Shown one piece after another: positions 1 through 9,024 of a stretch of 64,000 nucleotides of DNA; within the stretch, counting starts at the first letter, position 1, and each line of letters starts with the position of its first letter. This stretch comes from Thermoplasmata archaeon (GTDB lineage: Archaea > Thermoplasmatota > Thermoplasmata > Lutacidiplasmatales > UBA184). The notes beneath the pieces are model-generated. The model was not told the DNA's origin, did no database searches, and saw nothing but the letters and a program-made list of their open reading frames with translations. The DNA is taken from NCBI GenBank assembly GCA_049585415.1, contig JBAUZT010000010.1, positions 20,406 to 84,405 on the forward strand, in the 5' to 3' direction. The position numbers and the translations under genes were made by a program.

Positions 1-901
1 ACCCGATGCCCATGTTGAACGTCTGGTACATCTCGTCGTTCGATAGCGCACCGAGCTGTTGGACCCATCCGAAGAGCGAGGGCGGGGTGGGCCAGTGATC
101 GAGGGTGAACGAGACCTCCTTACGAAGCCGAACGAGGTTGCGCACGCCCCCGCCACTGAGATGGGCGAGGCCGTGGGTCTCCGGTCGGGAGGCAAGCGCC
201 TCCGCGACCTCCGAGTAGATCCGGGTCGGGGCGAGGAGTTCGACGCCCACCGGTCCACCGCCGCCGGGTCGGGGGGCCTGGAGGTCGACCGAAGTCTCGC
301 CGAGGAGCTTTCGGACGAGAGTGAAGCCGTTCGCATGGAGGCCGTTCGAGGGAACGCCCAGGATCACGTCCCCGGGGCGGATTCGACGACCGGTCACGGG
401 AGCCCGACCCCGCGGAAAGAAACCGAAGGCGGTCGCCCCGAGGTCGGTTCCGTGGACGATAGACGGGACGACCGCGGTCTCGCCTCCCAGCAAGGAGCAA
501 CGGGCGGCCCGAAGTCCCCGGTCGAGGCCCCGACCCACGGCCCCCAGGACCGCCGCGTCGGGCGCGCCGCACAGGATCGTGTCGACGAGCCCCGCCGCTC
601 GAGCCCCGACCGAGGCGAGGTCGTTGACGTTGACGCCGACGAGGTCCTCGCCGACCTCCTCCCAGCGGCCGAGCTGCTCGGCGAGGAGCACTTTCGTCCC
701 CACCGTATCGGTAGTGACCGCGATCGTTTCGCGGCCGATGCGGATCAGCCCCGCGTAGTGCCCGGGGAGCGCGACCGGTCGCCCGTGGCTCGGGGGAGCG
801 CGGTAGCGAACCGCTCGGAGAAGCTCTGCGAGCGCGCGCGAGATGGCCGAGCGGTCGACGCCGCTCTCGGCGTAGGTCGAACCCGTCCGGTCCGCCGCCA
901 C
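1..901 (-). CDS. purM: phosphoribosylformylglycinamidine cyclo-ligase (AIR synthase); C-terminal end lies beyond the window edge
   Basis: Hand translation of the minus strand (absent from the ORF track because no stop falls inside the window): STYAESGVDRSAIS...AVTTDTVGTKVLLAEQLGRW...LLGGETAVVPSIVHG...PSNGLHANGFTLVRKLL...NDEMYQTFNMGIG. GTG at 901 is the only plausible start. Confidence 0.85.
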   Translation of the reverse strand, partial: MAADRTGSTYAESGVDRSAISRALAELLRAVRYRAPPSHGRPVALPGHYAGLIRIGRETIAVTTDTVGTKVLLAEQLGRWEEVGEDLVGVNVNDLASVGARAAGLVDTILCGAPDAAVLGAVGRGLDRGLRAARCSLLGGETAVVPSIVHGTDLGATAFGFFPRGRAPVTGRRIRPGDVILGVPSNGLHANGFTLVRKLLGETSVDLQAPRPGGGGPVGVELLAPTRIYSEVAEALASRPETHGLAHLSGGGVRNLVRLRKEVSFTLDHWPTPPSLFGWVQQLGALSNDEMYQTFNMGIG

Positions 902-965
902 GTCCGGGAGGGAACGGCCCGGACGGAAATAGGCTCGCCCGCTCGAGGGGAGCGACTTCTTTATC

Positions 966-2336
966 GTGGGTCCCGTCCGCTCGGCGATGGTGCCGCCTCC
1001 GGTCCGCCGCCACCGCTCCGAACCCCGGGAGCCGGTCGCGAGATTGCCCTCCTCGATCCTCGCCGGTCGCGCCTACTTCCGGGGAAAGCTCCAGCCGATC
1101 GAGATCGCGATCGACGAGGAGGGTCGCATCCAGTCGATCGGGCGAGTGCGCTCGGGAGCGCCCCGTCACGACGTGGGAGACGCGGTGATCCTTCCCGCCG
1201 CGACGGACCTCCACGTCCACTTTCGAGACCCGCCCGGCTCGGACGATGTCGAGAACTTTGCGAGCGGAACGGTCGCCGCCGCACTCGGCGGCGTCGGGCT
1301 CGTTGGCGACATGCCGAACACGGTCCCTCCGGTGAACGACGTGGACGCACTCGAGGGGAAGCTCGACCGGGTCCGAGGTCGGGCGGCGGTGGACGTCGTG
1401 CTGTTCGCGGCCCCTACCGTTTCCGGGAACCTCGACTCCCTTGCCCGGCGCGCAGGGGCGTTCAAACTCTACCTGAGCCCGACGACCGGCATCGACGACC
1501 CTCCGGACCTTGCCCGCGTGCCGGAGCTCCTCGAGCGTCTCGGCCAGCTCCGGCTGCCCCTCTCGGTCCATGCTGAGGACCCTCGCGCGTTCGGCACCGA
1601 TTCGCATCCGCATGACCCCGCGGAGTGGAACACGTTCCGACCCTCGCGAGCGGAGGAGGCGGCCCTTTCGCCACTCCTGCCCGCTCCGGACGCGCTTCGA
1701 CTCCACATCGCTCACGTGACCACCGGGGCGATCGCAGAACGACTCCGGGGCCGGTCGATCTCGTTCGAAGCGAGCCCGCACCATTTGCTCCTGTCCGACC
1801 GTTCGGGGACCGACGCCCGGTTCAAGGTCAACCCGCCGCTCCGTCCCGAATCCGACCGGGCCGCGCTCTGGGCGGCGTTCTGCCGCGGCGAGATCCCGTG
1901 CGTTGCGAGCGACCATGCGCCGCATGCTCGCTCCGACAAGTCGCTCCCGTTCGAACGCGCCCCGAGCGGGGTCCCGGGAGTGGAGACGATGATCCCGCTG
2001 CTCCTGAATCGTGTGCGGGCGGGGGAGCTCGGGTTACCGACCCTTCAGCTCGCCGCATGCGACCGACCCGCGCGCTGGTTCGGCCAACCGTGCGGCCGAC
2101 TCGCCGTGGGCGACCGGGCGAACCTCATCGTCGTCGACTTTCGCGCGCGGACCGTCATCTCGGGCCGCCGGCTCCGTACGGCGTGCGGCTGGACCCCCTT
2201 CGAGGGGTCCGAGGCGATCTTCCCCCGGGAGCATTACCGGGACGGAGTGCGGATCGTCGAGGACGGCGAGTACGTCGGGCAGGCTACGGGTCGGGTCGTT
2301 CGACCGGACTTCGCCAGCTCCGGGACGGCCGCCTAG
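966..2336 (+). CDS. pyrC: dihydroorotase (cyclic amidohydrolase family)
   Basis: DLHVHFRDPP metal-binding motif, SDHAPH, amidohydrolase length. Track start is GTG 966; TTG 1044 (MPSSILAGRAYF) is equally plausible given a TTTATC box at 958-963. Confidence 0.8.
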   Translation: MGPVRSAMVPPPVRRHRSEPREPVARLPSSILAGRAYFRGKLQPIEIAIDEEGRIQSIGRVRSGAPRHDVGDAVILPAATDLHVHFRDPPGSDDVENFASGTVAAALGGVGLVGDMPNTVPPVNDVDALEGKLDRVRGRAAVDVVLFAAPTVSGNLDSLARRAGAFKLYLSPTTGIDDPPDLARVPELLERLGQLRLPLSVHAEDPRAFGTDSHPHDPAEWNTFRPSRAEEAALSPLLPAPDALRLHIAHVTTGAIAERLRGRSISFEASPHHLLLSDRSGTDARFKVNPPLRPESDRAALWAAFCRGEIPCVASDHAPHARSDKSLPFERAPSGVPGVETMIPLLLNRVRAGELGLPTLQLAACDRPARWFGQPCGRLAVGDRANLIVVDFRARTVISGRRLRTACGWTPFEGSEAIFPREHYRDGVRIVEDGEYVGQATGRVVRPDFASSGTAA

Positions 2337-3052
2337 CGCGAGCGCCCCGGTTCCGCGGGCGGGGAGCGTCGCGCGTCGGGCGACGCGGACGGCGCCGGGA
2401 ACGCTCCGCGCGGGCCCCGACGCGGCGGCCACCCCCACGAGAGGAACCCGGTGGCGACGAGCGAGAGGTATACCGCCGCCGCGACGATCGTCACGACGAG
2501 CGCGATGTCGATCGGCTCAAAGTATCGGGAGACGATCAGCCAGTTCGACCGAAGGACGTACCCGGCGTACATCAGACCGAGCGTCCAGGGGGTGGCCCCC
2601 AGCATCGTGTAGGCCCCGAATCGGACAGGGTTCATCTTCGCCGTCCCTGCCGGGTAGCTGATGTAGCTCCGCACCCCGGGGATGATGCGGGAGACCGCTA
2701 CGGTCCATTCCCCGCGGCCGGCGAACCAGGCGTCCATCCGGTCGAGGTCCTCCGCGTGGATCCGAAGGTATCCCCATCCGAACCCGTCGAGGCGGTGCCG
2801 CCACCATCGACCGACCGCGTACGCGGCGAACGAACCGACCAGTCCCCCGGCGAGTGCAGCGAAGAGGGCCCCGCCGAGGGAGAACGTGCCGTCGGCGACC
2901 AGGAACCCGGCGAACGGGATGATCACCTCGCTCGGGATCGGCGGGATCCCGAAGCTCTCGACCGCCATGAGAGCGAACAGCCCGGGAAGTCCGACCACGG
3001 TGAGGATCGTGGTGACCACGTCGACGAACGAACCGATGAGCGAGAAGGTCAC
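2333..3052 (-). CDS. DedA/VTT-domain membrane protein
   Basis: VESFGIPPIPSEVIIPFAGFLV motif and multiple TM helices. Confidence 0.75.
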   Translation of the reverse strand: MTFSLIGSFVDVVTTILTVVGLPGLFALMAVESFGIPPIPSEVIIPFAGFLVADGTFSLGGALFAALAGGLVGSFAAYAVGRWWRHRLDGFGWGYLRIHAEDLDRMDAWFAGRGEWTVAVSRIIPGVRSYISYPAGTAKMNPVRFGAYTMLGATPWTLGLMYAGYVLRSNWLIVSRYFEPIDIALVVTIVAAAVYLSLVATGFLSWGWPPRRGPRGAFPAPSASPDARRSPPAEPGRSR

Positions 3053-3089
3053 GATCCCGAGCCCCCGCTAGGACGCCCTCGGATCGCCG

Positions 3090-3344
3090 TCACGAGTCCG
3101 GCGACCCTTCGAGGATGAGGCGGAACGGCACGCCGAGCCGTGCGTTCGTCCGCGCCGGGATCCCTTCGAAATCGAGAGGGTTCTTGCAGCCCCCGCAGGA
3201 GACGGAGGGGCGGCGCCTCCCGAGCGCGATCGACAGCGCGATCCCGACCTCGATCTCGCGAGGACGGCCGGGCGCCTGCGCGACCGCCTGTCGCAACTGC
3301 GCGAGGAGCTGTTCTTCCTCCGGGCGGCCCTCGTCCGGCGTCAT
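3090..3344 (-). CDS. hypothetical small protein
   Basis: 84-aa ORF with very high third-position GC in this frame. No recognised domain. Confidence 0.4.
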   Translation of the reverse strand: MTPDEGRPEEEQLLAQLRQAVAQAPGRPREIEVGIALSIALGRRRPSVSCGGCKNPLDFEGIPARTNARLGVPFRLILEGSPDS

Positions 3345-3407
3345 CGGGAGTGACGACGAGAAGCGGGTTCTTAAGGAGCGGGGTCCGAGGCGCGCGAGCG
3401 TCCCGGC

Positions 3408-3980
3408 CTACGACTCGGGCGGGGGCTTGTCGGCCGGGTTCTTGGGGCGCTTGAGGATCTCGCCGCTGATCTTGTCGAGTTCGGCCATGAGCGAGTCGAT
3501 GTCGGGTTCCTCGGAGTCCGCGGCGGCCCCTCCCGCTGCGGCTCCGACGGCGGCACCCCGCGCGGCCGTGGCCGCCGGGGCCGACGAGACCGGAACCGAC
3601 GAAGCGACGGGCATCGACGCCCCCACGTCCTCGGGGGTCTCCACGTACGGAGGAGTCGTCGACGGTGGAGGGGTCCCGCCACCGACCGCTCCGGGAGTCG
3701 GGCCCCCCGTCTCCCCGGCGGTGACCCCGGACCCGGGCGGCATCCGGCGGCGGCGCAGGAGGATGAGGGCGGCGGCCAATGCGGCAACGACCAGGATAAT
3801 GATCGCGGCGAGCACCCACCATTGGAGTCCCGTGCCGGCGACGCACTGGTTGTACTGGCAGTTCCCTTGTGCGGGGACCGCACCCGTCTGGGGGGCAAGC
3901 CCGGCGGCGACGATGACCGCGAGCATGGCGACGCCCAGCGCGACGGGGACAATCCGGGAAGTACGAGGGTTCAACGCCAT
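3408..3980 (-). CDS. hypothetical membrane protein with signal/anchor helix, second TM and Pro/Thr/Ala-rich acidic tail
   Basis: N-terminal hydrophobic segment, CQYNQC pair, TM WWVLAAIIILVVAALAAALILL followed by RRRR, then a low-complexity tail. Confidence 0.5.
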   Translation of the reverse strand: MALNPRTSRIVPVALGVAMLAVIVAAGLAPQTGAVPAQGNCQYNQCVAGTGLQWWVLAAIIILVVAALAAALILLRRRRMPPGSGVTAGETGGPTPGAVGGGTPPPSTTPPYVETPEDVGASMPVASSVPVSSAPAATAARGAAVGAAAGGAAADSEEPDIDSLMAELDKISGEILKRPKNPADKPPPES

Positions 3981-4131
3981 GGATGCCGGCGCGCAGAGCG
4001 CGACCTGACTCTGGGATGCGGCCCGTTTGCTATAAACCTGACCGTCCGCGGAGTAATCTACGGGACACGGCGGGGGAGGTTATACAGCCGACCCTCCCCC
4101 TTTAGGTTCCGGGCGGCGCTCGAGGGGGGCC

Positions 4132-4491
4132 GTGACGTTCCCGTACGATCTCGCGTTCCTCGTCCTGCTCGTCGCGTACATGGCCTACTCGGAGTGGGCG
4201 GGGCTCGACTCCCGCTATCTCATCGCGGGCGCGCTCGTGTTGCTGGTCGCTACCGCGTTGGTGGACGCCGCCGGGGCGACGAACCTCGCGAACACCCTGG
4301 CGGAGTTCGTTTTCTTCCTGCTCGCTGGCGGGGTCGTCCTCTTGCTGGTCGACCACGTTCGGGAAAGGCCGGCGCACCGCGAGGGAGATCGATGGGGTTC
4401 AGGGCTTCGGACGTGGGAGTCCCATCCGGCCGATCCGCCGAAGGAAGGGCAGGGGCCGCCCGAACATCCCTTCGATGGCTCCGAGGAGTAA
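4132..4491 (+). CDS. small hypothetical membrane protein (about 3 TM)
   Basis: GTG start preceded by TATA-like GGTTATACAG at about 4078. Hydrophobic helices. The tail overlaps the convergent flippase gene. Confidence 0.45.
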   Translation: MTFPYDLAFLVLLVAYMAYSEWAGLDSRYLIAGALVLLVATALVDAAGATNLANTLAEFVFFLLAGGVVLLLVDHVRERPAHREGDRWGSGLRTWESHPADPPKEGQGPPEHPFDGSEE

Positions 4492-5958
4492 CCGGTCCCC
4501 TTCGTCGATGCTCCGGGTGAGTAGGACGACCAGCACGAACAGCCCGGCGATCCCGATGCCGAGCACCGGCAAGCTCCACAGTGGATAGTGGACCGGCACG
4601 AAGGCGAGGAACGCCGCGACCGGAACGGCAGTGACGACCAGGGGCACCAAGAAGTGCGGCCGGAACGGATGGAGACCCGTGATCAGCCCGAACTCGATGA
4701 GCGAGAGCGCCGTATAGACGACATTGGCGGCGGCCCATGCGGTCGCCGCCCCGATGAACCCCTCGGACGGGACGAGCGCAAAGGCGAGGCCGAGGTCGAC
4801 GGCCGCCGCGACCACGGAGTTGTAGGCGAGTAACCGGGTCTGCCCGAAGGCGACTTGAGCGTTGGCGGCGGGACCGAGGGCCGTCGTCAGGAACGCCCCG
4901 ACGACCGTGATCTCGAGGGGAAGGACGATGATCCCCGCGTAGGCGGTGCCGTACACGAAATCGAGCGAGCGGCTCGGCAAGAAGACGAACAGGAGGAAGA
5001 GCGGCAACGAGAACAGAATCAACCACTTGGTCACGGTCACGTACGTCACCCCGATGGCCGCGGTGTCTTGCCGCCGGAGCAGTCGGGCCGCGACGGGCAG
5101 GAAGATGTACGCGGCCGCGCCGACCCCGACCTGAAGAAGGCGGGCCAGCGTCAGGGATACGCTGTACGTGCCGACCTCGGTCGGGTGGTATACCCCGAGG
5201 ACGAGCGTGTCCCCGCTGCCGATGAGCGTGGCCATCAGGGTCACCAGCAGCAGCGGGGCCGAGAACCGCATCAGGTGGCCGAGGGCCCCCGGAGAGCCTT
5301 CGCCGGGCGAGAGGAGGTGGGGAAGCCGGCGCAGCGCGTAGCCGATGGTGAGCAGCAAGGCCGCGACGTTCGCCAGCACGTAGGCGAGGAGCGCGGATTC
5401 GTAATCGATCCCGGTCGGCGGCAGCACGTACGCCGCGGCGAGGAATCCGACGAACAGTAGCGGCGTGATGACCTGAATGAAGAGCGCGTTCGGAGTGACG
5501 TCCTCGTATCCCTGGAAAATCGCCGCGATCAGGCTCACCGCGACGGAAGTTCCGGCCGCGATCGGAAAGACGGTGAGGGCCGGTCCGAGGTCCGCGAAAT
5601 GGAGCGTCGAGGTGATCCACGGCCCGAGCAGCCAGAGGACGAGGCCGGAGACCACGGCGGCCGCCCCTCCGACGACCAGCGCGCCGCGGACGATCGTCCG
5701 TCGTTCCGCGTCCGTGCTGGCATACGGCAGGCTGCGAGCGACCGCCGTGGGGAGGCCGACCGAGCCGACGGCCACAACGACCGCGACCAGCGCGAGCGCG
5801 AAGGAGAACGCGCTCCACTCTCCGGTACTGATGTTGCGAATGATGATGACTCGGGCGAGGAACGTGAGGCCGACGAAACAGAGCGTACCGATGAGCAGGA
5901 AGAGCGTGCCCCGGGTGACGCTGGAGAGGCCGTCGCGAGCTCCGGAAGGAAGGCTCAC
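4399..5958 (-). CDS. MOP-superfamily polysaccharide/oligosaccharide flippase (Wzx-like)
   Basis: 519 aa, about 14 TM helices, architecture typical of polysaccharide biosynthesis proteins. Confidence 0.65.
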   Translation of the reverse strand: MSLPSGARDGLSSVTRGTLFLLIGTLCFVGLTFLARVIIIRNISTGEWSAFSFALALVAVVVAVGSVGLPTAVARSLPYASTDAERRTIVRGALVVGGAAAVVSGLVLWLLGPWITSTLHFADLGPALTVFPIAAGTSVAVSLIAAIFQGYEDVTPNALFIQVITPLLFVGFLAAAYVLPPTGIDYESALLAYVLANVAALLLTIGYALRRLPHLLSPGEGSPGALGHLMRFSAPLLLVTLMATLIGSGDTLVLGVYHPTEVGTYSVSLTLARLLQVGVGAAAYIFLPVAARLLRRQDTAAIGVTYVTVTKWLILFSLPLFLLFVFLPSRSLDFVYGTAYAGIIVLPLEITVVGAFLTTALGPAANAQVAFGQTRLLAYNSVVAAAVDLGLAFALVPSEGFIGAATAWAAANVVYTALSLIEFGLITGLHPFRPHFLVPLVVTAVPVAAFLAFVPVHYPLWSLPVLGIGIAGLFVLVVLLTRSIDEGDRLLLGAIEGMFGRPLPFLRRIGRMGLPRPKP

Positions 5959-6054
5959 CGACGGTCGCCCTGTGGCCTCGGGGGCGCCGGAACGGTAAAT
6001 ACGTAGCGCTGCGGCGGCACTCGGGCTTTTAGGGCGTTCCCGCTACCGCGCCAC

Positions 6055-8097
6055 GTGACCTTGCCCGGGCCGTCCGGGGTGGTGTGGGCCCTCGGGCTCC
6101 TGGTATGGGCGCTCTCGGCGGCCGTGGTGGGCGAGTTCGTCCGCCTCCTCGCGTCCCGCAAGGTCGGTTCGTGGCGCACGCTCGAGCCGATCGAGCGGCT
6201 GCTCCTCGACTTCTACCTCGGGGGCGCGACGATGTACCTGGTCGCGGCACTCCCGGTCGGTGCCTTCGTGGCGCCCCTCGTGTTCGGGCTACCCGTAGCC
6301 GCGGGCGCGGGTCTCCTCCTGTGGGTCATGGGGGAACGTCGCCGGCGACTCGCGCGGGCCACCCTCGCGCCGTTCGCGACGCTCGTCCGCCCGGCGGCGC
6401 TCATTGCCCTCCTGGCCGCCCTCGCCCTGTTCGTGTTCGAACTCGCGGTCGCCTCACCAATCCCGACGGGCAACACGTTCGACTCGAGCTTACTCACGCT
6501 CTACGTTTCGAGCCTGCTCCAGCATCATTCGATCGCCCTCTCCTTCCAACCGTACGCGTCGACGGGACTCCTCTACCCGCAAGGGACGACCGTCTGGCTC
6601 GGCTGGGCCCAACTGGACTTCTCCCTCCCCGCGGCACGCACGAGCCTCCTCGTGACCCCGCTGTTCCTCGCCCTCGCTCCCCTCGGGGCCTTCGTCTTCG
6701 GACGGAGGGCGTTCTCGAGCGACCGGGCCGGGCTCGCGTTCGCGCTGCTCCTGACGGCGGTCGGCTCGTGGACGCGAGTGCTCGTGTCCGGCAGCAACGA
6801 CTTCGTATTCGCCTTCCCGCTGGTCCTCTTGCTCGCGGGGCAGGCCACCGGCTGGCTGCGCGGCTCCGTTCCCGGCGTTGCCGATGCCCTCGCCTTCGGG
6901 GTACTCGTCGGGTATTCCGCCGCGCTGAACCCGGTGGGCGCGGAGTGGCTCCTACCGTCGATGCTGTTAGCCGGGCTCCTCGTCCGCCCGGCGTACTCGG
7001 GGGCGGCCCTTCGTTGGATCGGGCGCTGGGCGGCGGCGGCGGTGGTCTCGTTCCTCGCGCTCACCCCCACCCTCTACGTACTGGTCCAGGGATGGAGCAG
7101 TCCGGGACTGACTCCCGGAGCCGGAACTCCTCCGGCCGGCACCCCGACCGGGATCTCGGAGGCGCAGTTCATCGGGAGCATCGACCCGTACCTCTTCCGT
7201 CCGAGCGACGTCTGGCTCTCCCCTATCCCACTGCTACGGCTCGAGCTCGCGCTGCTCCTCACGGTCGGGATCGGAGTGCTGCTGATCGTGCGACGGCCTT
7301 CGGCATTCTCGCGCTACCTCGAGCCGTTCCGTTCGTTCCTGGCGGCGGCGGTGGTCGTGACGGTCGCGCTCCTCGGAGTGTTGTGGCTGGCCTCCTCGGG
7401 CTTCGCGCCCGCGGTCCACTTCGCCGCTCTCTCGAGCGCGGCCGAGCTCTCGATCTGGCTGTTCACGTTCTACACCTTCCTCGGCGGCGTCCTCCTGGTC
7501 GTGGCCCTCGAGAAGTTCGCCGCGGACTGGCGGGGGGAACGGCGCCCGACGCCGGCGACGACCGACCCGACGTCGCTCCGACGTCGGCCCACGGGGCTCC
7601 CTCGGGGCACGGTCCCGATGCTCCTCGTGCTCGTCCTCGTGGTCCCCGGCGTGGCGCTGACTCCTACCGAACTCCCACCGGTTCTCACCACGCTCTATGA
7701 GGACTTTGGGGACGTCAGCGCCGCCGACTTCGCGCTCCTCAGCTACGCCGGTGCCCATCTTCCGGGCGGCGCGCGGGTGCTCGTCGCTCCCGGCAGCGCC
7801 GCGGAATTCTTACCCGGCTACGCTCCCGACCTCGTGCTACTGTACCCGCTCGTTCCGGGGTTTGAGTGGGTGAACGATTCCTATAACCTCCTCGTGCGCC
7901 AATTGACGAACGCCACCCTCAACGCCACCGGCCTCGCCGCGCTGTCGGGGCTCGACGTGCAGTACATCGTGGTCACCGGGGCGAACAATGTGCTCTGGCG
8001 GCCGTTCTCCCCCGCGCCCCTCCTGGTCAACCCGACGAGGTTCCCACTCCTCTGGCACGAGGGAGACGCGTATCTGTTCGAACGAAATCCGGCGTGA
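6055..8097 (+). CDS. large polytopic membrane protein with C-terminal soluble domain, putative GT-C-type glycosyltransferase
   Basis: 680 aa, more than 12 TM helices, C-terminal non-membrane domain with N-X-S/T sequons. Divergent from the flippase. No diagnostic motif recognised (no WWDYG). Confidence 0.4.
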   Translation: MTLPGPSGVVWALGLLVWALSAAVVGEFVRLLASRKVGSWRTLEPIERLLLDFYLGGATMYLVAALPVGAFVAPLVFGLPVAAGAGLLLWVMGERRRRLARATLAPFATLVRPAALIALLAALALFVFELAVASPIPTGNTFDSSLLTLYVSSLLQHHSIALSFQPYASTGLLYPQGTTVWLGWAQLDFSLPAARTSLLVTPLFLALAPLGAFVFGRRAFSSDRAGLAFALLLTAVGSWTRVLVSGSNDFVFAFPLVLLLAGQATGWLRGSVPGVADALAFGVLVGYSAALNPVGAEWLLPSMLLAGLLVRPAYSGAALRWIGRWAAAAVVSFLALTPTLYVLVQGWSSPGLTPGAGTPPAGTPTGISEAQFIGSIDPYLFRPSDVWLSPIPLLRLELALLLTVGIGVLLIVRRPSAFSRYLEPFRSFLAAAVVVTVALLGVLWLASSGFAPAVHFAALSSAAELSIWLFTFYTFLGGVLLVVALEKFAADWRGERRPTPATTDPTSLRRRPTGLPRGTVPMLLVLVLVVPGVALTPTELPPVLTTLYEDFGDVSAADFALLSYAGAHLPGGARVLVAPGSAAEFLPGYAPDLVLLYPLVPGFEWVNDSYNLLVRQLTNATLNATGLAALSGLDVQYIVVTGANNVLWRPFSPAPLLVNPTRFPLLWHEGDAYLFERNPA

Positions 8098-8124
8098 GGG
8101 TCGCGGGAGGCCCCGGGGGCCCAC

Positions 8125-9024
8125 CTAGACGAATTCGTCGAGGACGCTCTCGTGTCCCTTCAGGCCCGCCGGCTGCTGGACCAGCGGCCCCGCCGAGAGT
8201 ACCTCTTCGAGGTCCTCGTAGGTCGGTCGCTCCGCCCGATAGAACAGGCCGATCGGGATCTTGTCGCCCCACTCGAGCGATCGTTGCCAGGCCGCAACGA
8301 TGTCGCTCGGGTCATGGCCCGCGCTCTCGAGCTTGTAGACGCGCTGGCGGAAGAAGTCGAACGTGTTGATCTTGTTGTACGTCACGCACGGACTGAAGAC
8401 GTCCACGAAGGAGAATCCGTGGTGCTGGATCCCCGCCGCGACGAGGTCGGTCAGCTGCTTCACGTCCCCCGAGAATCCCCGAGCGATGTACGTCGCCCCG
8501 CTCGCGAGCGCGAGGGAGATCGGTTCGATCGGATGCTCGATCACGCCGGTCGGGGTGGACTTCGTCTTCTGCCCCATCGTCGACGTCGGGCTCGCCTGCC
8601 CCGTGGTGAGTCCGTAGATCTGGTTGTCCATCGTGACGTACGTGAGGTCGACGTTCCGACGCATCGCGTGGACGAAGTGGCCCGCGCCGATGCCGAAGCC
8701 GTCCCCGTCGCCCCCGGTCCCGATGACCGTGAGGCCATGGTTCGCCCATCGGATCCCTTCCGCGACCGGTATCGAACGACCGTGGATCCCGTGGTAGCCG
8801 TAGGACGAGAGGAAGTGCGGAAGGTTCGACGAGCACCCGATCCCCGAGACGATGACGACGTTATGCACCGGGATCTGGAGTCGCTTCAGGGCCCCCTCCA
8901 CTGCGGCGACGACCCCGAAGTCCCCGCATCCGGGGCACCACGTCGGCTTCGTGTCCGACTTCCCGACCATCGGGAGCGCCGGCCCGGTCGTGACCGGAAT
9001 GGGACGAACCGCACTATCCGCCAT
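8125..9024 (-). CDS. korB: 2-oxoacid:ferredoxin oxidoreductase beta subunit (TPP-binding)
   Basis: CPGCGDFG motif, GDGDGFGIG TPP motif, ATG at 9024. Confidence 0.9.
   Translation of the reverse strand: MADSAVRPIPVTTGPALPMVGKSDTKPTWCPGCGDFGVVAAVEGALKRLQIPVHNVVIVSGIGCSSNLPHFLSSYGYHGIHGRSIPVAEGIRWANHGLTVIGTGGDGDGFGIGAGHFVHAMRRNVDLTYVTMDNQIYGLTTGQASPTSTMGQKTKSTPTGVIEHPIEPISLALASGATYIARGFSGDVKQLTDLVAAGIQHHGFSFVDVFSPCVTYNKINTFDFFRQRVYKLESAGHDPSDIVAAWQRSLEWGDKIPIGLFYRAERPTYEDLEEVLSAGPLVQQPAGLKGHESVLDEFV

Noticed and set aside
120-1925. 601-aa minus-strand ORF, and similar very long ORFs (e.g. 4250-5818, 8886-10691, 12916-14727, 21741-23951 N-terminal part, 52829-55633).
   Set aside because: Their extreme Arg/Pro/Gly/Ser composition is typical of off-frame translation in high-GC DNA. 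Each overlaps a gene with clear conserved motifs in another frame.
2333-2336. pyrC and the DedA gene share overlapping stop codons in the palindrome CTAG.
   Set aside because: This is real but probably a trivial consequence of tight convergent packing.
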